Shown here: in pieces, positions 1-6,321 of the stretch
Numbering within the stretch: position 1 is the first letter of the stretch
Layout of the letters: each line of letters opens with the position of its first letter
Virus record (IMG/VR): IMGVR_UViG_3300029910_000007
DNA: 64,000 nt
Origin: a virus
Strand: one strand, 5' to 3'
The notes under the pieces: generated by a model
The model's input: only the letters and a program-made list of their open reading frames with translations
The model's database searches: none
Told to the model about the DNA's origin: nothing
Position numbers and translations under genes: made by a program

Positions 1-65
1 GTTCAATGGTAGAACCTATGCACGACACGCATATGACCTCCGCTCGAATCGGAGTAGACGTACCA
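1..65 (+). tRNA. tRNA, 3' portion only (5' acceptor strand lies left of the window); 7-nt anticodon loop ACGACAC would give GAC (Val) but C33 is atypical
   Basis: D arm GTTC-AATGGTA-GAAC (1-15), anticodon stem TATGC/GCATA (17-21/29-33), T arm CTCCG-CTCGAAT-CGGAG (38-54), 3' acceptor strand TAGACGT + A + encoded CCA (55-65). Confidence 0.6.
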
Positions 66-101
66 CTAAAACATAAAATTGCAGATTTTATTCAAATACT
101 C

Positions 102-129
102 TTGACAATTTTATTGTATGATGTATACT
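102..129 (+). promoter_or_regulatory. sigma70-type early promoter
   Basis: TTGACA (102-107), 16-nt spacer, TATACT (124-129), about 35 nt upstream of ORF 164. Confidence 0.5.
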
Positions 130-163
130 GGACATCCATTAGATTGATAAAGAGGATTGAGAG

Positions 164-364
164 ATGGAAGGTAAAAATTTGTCTGTAGATGAACGAGTTC
201 GTTTGTATCAAACTGGAGATTCATCCTTGGATGGATTGACTGGATTGGTTATGGGAACTTCGTCTAGGGCCTATATGTGCAATTTCAATATTGTTTTGCT
301 CGATGTACCATACAACGGTGAAAAAGCAATCAATATCATTGACTCTTGCTTGGAAAGAGTCTAA
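164..364 (+). CDS. hypothetical small early protein
   Basis: 66-aa ORF directly behind promoter 102-129 with purine-rich GAGGATTGAGAG before the ATG. Confidence 0.45.
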   Translation: MEGKNLSVDERVRLYQTGDSSLDGLTGLVMGTSSRAYMCNFNIVLLDVPYNGEKAINIIDSCLERV

Positions 365-374
365 ATAGAATTAT

Positions 375-463
375 GGTTCAGTTAGCTGGCGGGCGTCAGC
401 ATCGGCCTTGAAAACCGACTATATGCGAAAGTGTATGGGGATCGATACCTCATTGAACCGCCA
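375..463 (+). tRNA. tRNA-Ser (anticodon UGA), class II with long extra arm
   Basis: Acceptor GGTTCAG/TTGAACC, D stem GCTG/CAGC, anticodon loop CTTGAAA (407-413), extra arm closed by GAAA tetraloop (420-435), T arm TGGGG-ATCGATA-CCTCA, G73 + CCA; C31-A39 mismatch. Confidence 0.8.
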
Positions 464-472
464 AACAAATAT

Positions 473-562
473 GTGATACAACCCAAATGGTGCGGGCGCG
501 GACTGTGACTCCGTTATATGCGAAAGCTAGGCTACTTAGTTCGATTCTAAGGTATCACCCCA
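473..562 (+). tRNA. class-II-shaped tRNA with anticodon GUG (isotype uncertain; Tyr-like scaffold)
   Basis: Perfect acceptor GTGATAC/GTATCAC, D stem CCC/GGG, anticodon arm GCGGA-CTGTGAC-TCCGT (498-514), 20-nt extra region (515-534), T arm CTTAG-TTCGATT-CTAAG, C73 + CCA. Confidence 0.6.
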
Positions 563-593
563 ATTTGTTCAAATCTGGATATAACTAAATATT

Positions 594-1406
594 ATGACAA
601 GAGCGTTCGTCAGCATTCTCAATGCTCATTCAATCGGTGACACTATCAATCAGATGTACATCGATCTATTGGTAGAAAAGACATCTGATGATCAATATTG
701 GTTGTTACACACGTCTGATAGTCCATCTGTAAATTCAGGACTCACTGATGGGTGGATTCACTTCGAACTTTTCAACCTCTATCGTAAAGCCGGTCTGTTC
801 AAGAATCTAATTTACATTGACAGACTTAGCAACCGAAATTACAACGAAGGTCATGTTGCAGGAAACTGGATTCACAGAGAGACTTGCAGAAGCTTCATAG
901 CCAAGGTCTACTCAAAGCATTATGATGAAGTGCATCTTGGTATCCCTGTTGAGATTGGATCGACTGTGTACATGCCAGAAGAGCTTAGAGAGAGGTTTTC
1001 TTTTCTGGATAGTGACGAAGAACCATATTCAACCATTCAGTGTCTGAGCACTCACTATAACACTGTAAAGATTCTTCCTAAAATTTACATGGATGCATTC
1101 TTGCATGGTCCACATCAAAAGATAAAGTTTACCGGATCATTGGTAGAGAAGCAGAGAGTTCAGGAACAGATTGATATTTTGAAACTTGACAATCCTGACA
1201 TAGATATGGTAAATTGTTGTGGTGTGAATATTGAAGAATATTTTCGAATCATCTATAATAGTGAGTCAAATCTCTCAACCGAGAGTAGTAGTTCATTATT
1301 GGCTGCTCAGCTTGGCATTCCTTCAATCATCCATTTTGTGTATCGTGCCGAAGTGGACATTTGGAAGAAGAAATTCAAGGATGTTCCTACTTTGACGTTT
1401 GTTTAG
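594..1406 (+). CDS. hypothetical protein, possible GT-B/GT9-like glycosyltransferase paralog
   Basis: 270-aa ORF; N-terminal HSIGD and C-terminal SSSLLAAQLGIPSIIHF resemble the GxGD and DSG..H.A.A.G.P motifs of family-9 glycosyltransferases; similar pattern in ORFs 2818 and 35166. Confidence 0.5.
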   Translation: MTRAFVSILNAHSIGDTINQMYIDLLVEKTSDDQYWLLHTSDSPSVNSGLTDGWIHFELFNLYRKAGLFKNLIYIDRLSNRNYNEGHVAGNWIHRETCRSFIAKVYSKHYDEVHLGIPVEIGSTVYMPEELRERFSFLDSDEEPYSTIQCLSTHYNTVKILPKIYMDAFLHGPHQKIKFTGSLVEKQRVQEQIDILKLDNPDIDMVNCCGVNIEEYFRIIYNSESNLSTESSSSLLAAQLGIPSIIHFVYRAEVDIWKKKFKDVPTLTFV

Positions 1407-1417
1407 AGAGTGATAAA

Positions 1418-1714
1418 ATGAGATTTGTATATTTTATAACACCAGAAGCGATGAATTACGACTGGACAAAATGGAAGAATGAACAAGTAGGAAAAATCTA
1501 TAAATCACAATATGAATTTGCATTCACTTTTTTCAATTATGATGAGAGGAATGTTTCTTACTATATGCAGGGTGTTGAGATGGCAATCCATATCAAATTT
1601 TATGAAAATGCTTCTTATATAGAAGCTTGTAGAGATAAGTGTCAATTGAATTCTTTTTATAAGCGCGGGTATGAAAATACTTCTGGCGCAATAGAAAAAT
1701 TAAAGAAAGTTTAA
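1418..1714 (+). CDS. hypothetical protein
   Basis: ATG at 1418 preceded by GAGAGTGA; the track start at 1361 overlaps the preceding gene. Confidence 0.55.
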   Translation: MRFVYFITPEAMNYDWTKWKNEQVGKIYKSQYEFAFTFFNYDERNVSYYMQGVEMAIHIKFYENASYIEACRDKCQLNSFYKRGYENTSGAIEKLKKV

Positions 1715-1716
1715 AT

Positions 1717-1790
1717 CCCCTCGCTGTTGGATTACAGCCGAAGCCCTACGAAGGCATCTGGTGCAGGTTCGATTCCTGTCGAGGGGTCCA
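1717..1790 (+). tRNA. tRNA-Arg (anticodon ACG)
   Basis: Perfect acceptor CCCCTCG/CGAGGGG, anticodon loop CTACGAA (1746-1752), T arm GCAGG-TTCGATT-CCTGT, T73 + CCA; D loop short. Confidence 0.7.
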
Positions 1791-2062
1791 CTTTAAGTTG
1801 TAGAGAACGGTTGGATGAAGTGTATCGAAAGCGGCTAGGACTCGGCTTCAATGCCGATAGGTCCACCAAAAACATCTTCACTGTCATAGCCCAAGACAGT
1901 TTGCGAGGATTAATGCAATAGAGGATGTTTCTGATGGGCCTAAAAGGATTCGACTGGCAGGTTATTAGAGAAAATGGACAACCCGAGAAGAACTCTCGTT
2001 AAAAAGATCAAGCAAGTAATTGCAGCAGCAAATGATACTTCTTGGGATATGGCACTCGCTGC

Positions 2063-2725
2063 TTAAACCAAGCTGGGATTTGGCAGTTGTTCCTTGTTAT
2101 CCAAACAACTGCGCTTTCTTTTTCTATTATTGAATTTACCAGAACAAGTATTACTACAAAACATTCGTTTTGTTAGATTTGTTTTGAAATTTGAATTACA
2201 TTCTTGGCACACCAATTCTAATATTGGTAGTTTTCTAGTCTTCCAATATATCTCATTTCGCCTTTTACAAACTGCACTTTGTCCCGGTCTTCGTATTCCT
2301 TTTGGTGATGCATTAGTCCAACCAAGTGCAGTATTAGTAGTCATCCATCGTTCGATTACATCTTTTCTAAACATAGGATTATTTTCTTTCATAAATTTTG
2401 AATATTCTGACTTTGCAATAGTGTATACATGAGAAGTTACTTTATATGTTCTATTGTTCCACTTTCTTGGTGGTACCGACATCGCCCACAGTGCCCGATA
2501 CATCTTAGATTTATCACTACCTATTGTCATTTTAACCAAAAGACGATGAAGAATGAAATGGACTCTAGCTGGAATTTTTGTTATATTTTCAGAAGAATTA
2601 TTTCCACCCATACTCTTAGGTAAAATATGATGCTTTTCTCCATATTCAGAGCCGTTAAAATGCTTGATCAAAATGAAATATAGATTAGTGTATTTGTTGT
2701 TTAGAAATTTTGAATAAATATCCAT
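2063..2725 (-). CDS. HNH homing endonuclease
   Basis: GEKHHILPKSMGGNNSSENITKIPARVHFILH HNH motif; C-terminal CQEC..CSNTC zinc-ribbon-like; opposite strand to neighbours and AT-richer. Confidence 0.85.
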   Translation of the reverse strand: MDIYSKFLNNKYTNLYFILIKHFNGSEYGEKHHILPKSMGGNNSSENITKIPARVHFILHRLLVKMTIGSDKSKMYRALWAMSVPPRKWNNRTYKVTSHVYTIAKSEYSKFMKENNPMFRKDVIERWMTTNTALGWTNASPKGIRRPGQSAVCKRRNEIYWKTRKLPILELVCQECNSNFKTNLTKRMFCSNTCSGKFNNRKRKRSCLDNKEQLPNPSLV

Positions 2726-2757
2726 GCTGCTGACCTCCTAAAGAAAGTTAAAGTAGA

Positions 2758-2799
2758 GCACATGGGTCTGAGAAACCGCGATGTGCACCTTTATTTATA
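2758..2799 (-). promoter_or_regulatory. T4-type late promoter plus 5' hairpin of the HNH gene
   Basis: On - strand TATAAATA (2792-2799), then stem GCACAT/ATGTGC (2758-2763/2781-2786), then CTCTAC..CTTTAGGAGG-N7-ATG; same cassette at 4761-4802 and 40770-40810. Confidence 0.55.
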
Positions 2800-2817
2800 G
2801 AAATCGAGTGAATATAA

Positions 2818-3744
2818 ATGTTATTGACTGATCCAGCTGAAATTACACTGATTGAAAACTATAGAAGAAATCTGAGCACTCAGGGAAAGTCTATAACAGT
2901 CGATACAGTCCAAGGCGTAGGAGACCTCGTATGGGTCTATCAGAAGCTTGCACCATACTTCGGTAAGATCAACCTGAACATCCTCGCAGTAGATAACTCA
3001 GAGCTTCAAATGAGAGCCAAGAAGTTCATCGAACTTCTCCCAAAAGTTGGAACAATCAACTACAAAATCACATCTTCTGAACATTACAACAAAGTAGCAT
3101 GGACACACCACAAGATGGGTCCAATTCTTATTGACCCAAATAAAATCCATGAGTATGCTGTCAACAAGCCAATGGAAGAAGGAATGAGAATTGATGCTAT
3201 CGATCCTGATACCCAAGTTGAATGGGACTTGAAGTTCAATGTCCCTGAACCTAGATTTCATGCCGGGAACTACATCGTTCTCTACATCTCAGGATCAAAG
3301 AATAATATGTCATGGGACCACAACAAGTGGGCAAGTTTCATCGTGACCATGTATCGTCGCTACAGACTTCGTGACACACTAGTCCTTTTTGGTGCCAACT
3401 ATGATGCTGCTGTTTTGAGAGCCATCGTTCCAATTCTTGCTAGAGACAAGATACCTATCAAACTACAGATCGATGGGACGCCACAGGACGCAATCAGATG
3501 CATCCGAGACGCACGTCTGTTCATAGGGTATCAGTCTGGAATGAATATCATTGCAGACAACTACAATGTCCCACAGATCATGTTGTATTTTCCATATCTA
3601 AAACCAATGTTAAACACTTGGTGTAAACCCGGTCATGCTGAGCGAAAGATTTTCAACGGATTCACATTTGATCAAACACCAGAAGAAATCTTGACATCCT
3701 GTCAGACCGTGTTAACATCGTTGGTGAATGGAAACAAGTTGTAA
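2818..3744 (+). CDS. putative glycosyltransferase (GT9/heptosyltransferase-like fold)
   Basis: 308 aa; VQGVGDLVWVYQKL near N-terminus and LFIGYQSGMNIIADNYNVPQIMLYF near C-terminus resemble GT9 signature regions. Confidence 0.5.
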   Translation: MLLTDPAEITLIENYRRNLSTQGKSITVDTVQGVGDLVWVYQKLAPYFGKINLNILAVDNSELQMRAKKFIELLPKVGTINYKITSSEHYNKVAWTHHKMGPILIDPNKIHEYAVNKPMEEGMRIDAIDPDTQVEWDLKFNVPEPRFHAGNYIVLYISGSKNNMSWDHNKWASFIVTMYRRYRLRDTLVLFGANYDAAVLRAIVPILARDKIPIKLQIDGTPQDAIRCIRDARLFIGYQSGMNIIADNYNVPQIMLYFPYLKPMLNTWCKPGHAERKIFNGFTFDQTPEEILTSCQTVLTSLVNGNKL

Positions 3745-3753
3745 ATAAAATAT

Positions 3754-3845
3754 GCTCCTGTCTTCTAATGGTAAGAAAGCAGATTTATACCCTGTAAGCC
3801 CCAGATTAGGGCGTAATACGTGTTCAAGTCACGTCGGGAGCACCA
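3754..3845 (+). tRNA. 92-nt tRNA with 22-nt extra arm; 7-nt loop TTTATAC gives anticodon UAU (Ile?), isotype uncertain
   Basis: Acceptor GCTCCTG/CGGGAGC, D arm TTCT-AATGGTA-AGAA, anticodon arm 3779-3795 (A31-C39 mismatch), extra arm GCCC-CAGATTA-GGGC (3798-3812), T arm ACGTG-TTCAAGT-CACGT, A73 + CCA. Confidence 0.6.
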
Positions 3846-3857
3846 AGTTCAAATTAT

Positions 3858-3932
3858 GGTGATATGGCAGAGCGATCATGCACTTCCCTCATAAGGAAGA
3901 TTAGACCAGTTTAACTCTGGTTATCACTACCA
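3858..3932 (+). tRNA. tRNA with CAU anticodon (Met or lysidine-type Ile2)
   Basis: Acceptor GGTGATA/TATCACT, perfect anticodon stem CTTCC/GGAAG with loop CTCATAA (3888-3894), T arm ACCAG-TTTAACT-CTGGT, A73 + CCA. Confidence 0.75.
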
Positions 3933-4729
3933 TATTTGTCATTCCAAATTCTAATATTTTGATTCAATTCTTCAATGGTAATAGAAGATCGACTAAATTT
4001 CTTCATATTTTCTCGTTGGGTCATAAGGGCGCAATTTGCAGGATGTTTCATTATGTTATGTGAAATTTTTAACAGAAATCCATCATAAATTGAAAACTTA
4101 TGATCTCTAGATAATCCATTTTGATTATTTTTTGGATTGAACATTTTACATTCTGAGAGAAGTTTAATATTAAACTCTTTTGGAAAATCACCAATGTTGA
4201 AAGAAAAATTGCATAATTTTCTATACTCGAAGAATATAGAATTGCGACAGGTCATGCACAATTTTGATGATATTGATGTTTTTCTGGCTTCATATTTTTC
4301 ACAATTAACACACTGTTTGAAATAAATTAGACATAAAGTTTTCTCTTTTGTAACTTTAAAATTTGTTGGTGAATCTTTGATGTAGCAAAAATCTCCAACA
4401 ACATTTAAATCTTTATTAACTGCTTTTAATGCAGATACTCTAGATTTTTCTGGATTCGAACAACCTGCTCTATTTTTATAAGTAGCACTACATGAATGTG
4501 AACAAAAATCTTTATTATCATGTCTTTTATCATATGGTATAATACTCTTACATTCAAGACACAATTTTGGATTTTCGTTATACTTTAAAATATTCTTTTG
4601 TTTCTTTGAATGGTTTGCTATACTAAGCACAGTGTAGTCGATTGTACTATGATTGTTAGATGAGTGACCACCAAGAGAGCTTTTATTTTTGGTAGTGAAA
4701 TCGCAATATTTACACTGATAAATAGTCAT
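3911..4729 (-). CDS. HNH-family homing endonuclease with N-terminal C2H2 zinc finger
   Basis: N-terminus YQCKYCDFTTKNKSSLGGHSSNNH; C-terminus LSRDHKFSI...HPANCALMTQRENMKK (HNH-like); 3' end overlaps tRNA 3858-3932 on the other strand. Confidence 0.75.
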   Translation of the reverse strand: MTIYQCKYCDFTTKNKSSLGGHSSNNHSTIDYTVLSIANHSKKQKNILKYNENPKLCLECKSIIPYDKRHDNKDFCSHSCSATYKNRAGCSNPEKSRVSALKAVNKDLNVVGDFCYIKDSPTNFKVTKEKTLCLIYFKQCVNCEKYEARKTSISSKLCMTCRNSIFFEYRKLCNFSFNIGDFPKEFNIKLLSECKMFNPKNNQNGLSRDHKFSIYDGFLLKISHNIMKHPANCALMTQRENMKKFSRSSITIEELNQNIRIWNDKYGSDNQS

Positions 4730-4760
4730 GCTACTAATCTCCTAAAGAAAGTTATGTAGA

Positions 4761-4802
4761 GCTAGTGGTATTGATAGTACGCGACTAGCACCTTTATTTA
4801 TG
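4761..4802 (-). promoter_or_regulatory. late-promoter-like box plus 5' hairpin of the HNH gene
   Basis: On - strand CATAAATA (4795-4802), stem GCTAGT/ACTAGC (4761-4766/4784-4789), CTCTAC..CTTTAGGAG-N7-ATG; the box abuts or overlaps nucleotide 1 of tRNA-Thr. Confidence 0.5.
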
Positions 4803-4875
4803 CTGCTTTAATTTAATGGTAGAATGACGCCTTCGTATAGCGTATGTAAGTGTTCGATTCACTTATGCAGCACCA
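4802..4875 (+). tRNA. tRNA-Thr (anticodon CGU)
   Basis: Acceptor GCTGCTT/ATGCAGC (one T-T mismatch), D arm ATTT-AATGGTA-GAAT, loop TTCGTAT (4832-4838), T arm AAGTG-TTCGATT-CACTT, A73 + CCA; C31-A39 mismatch. Confidence 0.7.
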
Positions 4876-4896
4876 CAAATTTTAGGAAACTATATT

Positions 4897-5123
4897 ATGC
4901 AACCACATGAAGAAAGAGTCTTTGAAGTCAAAGAACTTGATGAGAAGATCATCAATCTGACAAAGTTTGTCCATGGCGCAAACGATGGATGGTTGGAACA
5001 TTGAGTGCAAAATTTCAAGGACTCGATAAAGCAGAGCAAAGTCGCATGATGTCTCAGTTGCATATCATGCGAGCATATTCAACAATTCTTCACGCAAGAA
5101 TCAACGCATTTCCAAAGGATTAA
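4897..5123 (+). pseudogene. small conserved-looking gene split into two overlapping frames (4897-5004 and 4989-5123)
   Basis: Frame A gives MQPHEERVFEVKELDEKIINLTKFVHGANDGWLEH*; frame B gives MVGTLSAKFQGLDKAEQSRMMSQLHIMRAYSTILHARINAFPKD*; together they read like one helical protein. Confidence 0.4.
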
Positions 5124-5129
5124 AATATT

Positions 5130-5348
5130 ATGAGCGAATGTAAAGAAAAGAAGCAGAAGAAAGACGGTCAGGAAGTCTATCGAAACAGAGAATTAATTTT
5201 TGCTCAGTTTCGTGGTGGTAAGTCTCCAGCCAATGATTTGACATGCAAGTTACTCCCTCATCTGACTCACATTTCCTGTACCAAAGAATTTGCATTCAAC
5301 ATGTCTCTGGTCAAGGATGAAAATTTTGAAGTGACTCAGCATGGATGA
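5130..5348 (+). CDS. hypothetical protein
   Basis: 72-aa ORF, co-directional, 8-nt overlap with the next gene. Confidence 0.5.
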   Translation: MSECKEKKQKKDGQEVYRNRELIFAQFRGGKSPANDLTCKLLPHLTHISCTKEFAFNMSLVKDENFEVTQHG

Positions 5349-5778
5349 GATTACTCGATACGTTCTCGGCTTCATGTTCACAGAAGATATGAAGCGAGTC
5401 GTCCTGATCAAGAAGAATAAGCCAGAGTGGCAGAAAGGTCTTCTGAACGGTGTCGGTGGGCATGTTGAAGAATTTGAATTTTCTGAGAATGCAATGATCA
5501 GAGAATTTGAAGAAGAGACAGGTATTAAAACAGTAACTGGTCAATGGTATAATTTTGCACTGATGACTGGAGAGAAGTTTGATGTCGATTGTTATTTTTG
5601 TGTGAGTAATTCTGCTCTCTTTGCAGCGTCTATGACAGAGGAAGAAGTTACGGTTCCATTTGTTAATCATCTGTCAAAGGACCAAATACTATCGAATATA
5701 TCTTGGCTTTTAGGGTTGTGTCTCGACAAGGATATTAAGAGAATTTTCACACATGTTTCATATAGAACGGAAAGTTAA
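5341..5778 (+). CDS. Nudix hydrolase
   Basis: Nudix box GVGGHVEEFEFSENAMIREFEEETGI (G-x5-E-x7-REx2EExG). Confidence 0.85.
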   Translation: MDEITRYVLGFMFTEDMKRVVLIKKNKPEWQKGLLNGVGGHVEEFEFSENAMIREFEEETGIKTVTGQWYNFALMTGEKFDVDCYFCVSNSALFAASMTEEEVTVPFVNHLSKDQILSNISWLLGLCLDKDIKRIFTHVSYRTES

Positions 5779-5854
5779 GCTGAGAGGATCAGCCGCTGCC
5801 TCGAAAACAGTAGGATCATAATAGATAGAGTTTCGAATACTCAATTTTCCGCCA
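5769..5854 (+). tRNA. tRNA-Ser (anticodon CGA), class II
   Basis: Acceptor GGAAAGT/ATTTTCC, D stem GCTG/CAGC, loop CTCGAAA (5800-5806), extra arm 5812-5826, T loop TTCGAAT, G73 + CCA; the first 10 nt overlap the Nudix stop region; C31-A39 mismatch. Confidence 0.65.
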
Positions 5855-5861
5855 AATTTAC

Positions 5862-5937
5862 ACCGCTGTGCCCGGAAAGGATACGGAACATTTTCCTAAA
5901 GTGTTTAATGCTGGTTCGAGTCCAGTCAGCGGTTCCA
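5862..5937 (+). tRNA. tRNA-Arg (anticodon CCU)
   Basis: Perfect acceptor ACCGCTG/CAGCGGT, anticodon arm ACATT-TTCCTAA-AGTGT (5888-5904), T arm GCTGG-TTCGAGT-CCAGT, T73 + CCA. Confidence 0.8.
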
Positions 5938-5979
5938 TCAACAGAAATAGTATTATGATTTTACGAGACATCGACATGT

Positions 5980-6008
5980 TTGACATTCTAGTACATGTCG
6001 TTTATAGT
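5980..6008 (+). promoter_or_regulatory. near-consensus sigma70-type promoter bracketed by an 8-bp inverted repeat
   Basis: TTGACA (5980-5985), 17-nt spacer, TATAGT (6003-6008); CGACATGT (5972-5979) and ACATGTCG (5993-6000) are reverse complements. Confidence 0.65.
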
Positions 6009-6014
6009 GGTCTT

Positions 6015-6300
6015 AGATTCGGTTCAGCAAAGATTACCAAACTTAGACCGGAAGGTCTGCCAGATCACAAAATCGGCAAATAGTACACCTGTGGGTTGAT
6101 CACCATAAACGTATACGAGTCTGTTAAAGTTTTAGACTAGATACTGCAACCAAAATTTCGTCGAAAGACGCATACTAGCTGGTCACAAAATGGGCAAATA
6201 ATGCACCTTCGGGCTGACCACCGAGAACGCACACTAGTCTGTATAGTTTAAGAATGTTTGCAGCACTATAAAATTCTCCTGTAAAGAGCCAAAACACATT
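6015..6300 (+). ncRNA. candidate structured non-coding RNA or long structured leader with two tandem about 60-nt modules
   Basis: No ORF. Module 1 is 6063-6123 and module 2 is 6181-6241, roughly three-quarters identical by eye. Stems GATCA/TGATC (6063-6067/6097-6101) and GGTCA/TGACC (6181-6185/6215-6219) covary. GNRA hairpins at 6044-6059 and 6159-6170. Direct repeat ACGyAyACkAGyCTG x3. Confidence 0.4.
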
Positions 6301-6321
6301 CTGTTAGAAGGAAAATATATC

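Noticed and set aside
6-188. 60-aa ORF at the left edge
   Set aside because: It runs through the 3' part of a tRNA (1-65) and a promoter. ORF 164-364 behind that promoter is the better candidate.
1795-1868. Possible additional tRNA ending in ..GGTCCACCA, with a CGAAAG segment like the extra arms of the neighbouring class-II tRNAs
   Set aside because: No 5' strand complementary to TAGGTCC exists upstream. The supposed T arm has a 6-nt loop and is better explained as the long hairpin GGAC-TCGGC..GCCGA-GTCC. It may be a decayed tRNA remnant.
1727-1921. 64-aa ORF
   Set aside because: Its first third is the tRNA-Arg(ACG) gene. The rest is a hairpin-rich non-coding stretch.
5868-6083. 71-aa ORF
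   Set aside because: It overlaps tRNA-Arg(CCU) and the consensus promoter at 5980-6008.
6178-6238. GCUGGU (6178-6183) can pair with ACUAGU (6233-6238), the same sequence as the core of the vertebrate Y-RNA Ro-binding stem (GGCUGGUC/GACUAGUC)
   Set aside because: The pairing competes with the covarying GGTCA/TGACC hairpin and is not preserved in repeat copy 1. It is kept only as a weak hint inside the Ro-like finding.
6063-6243. The two about 60-nt repeats considered as a CRISPR-like array
   Set aside because: There are only two diverged copies, about 118 nt apart, with internal stems that covary. There is no short identical repeat/spacer periodicity and no cas genes.
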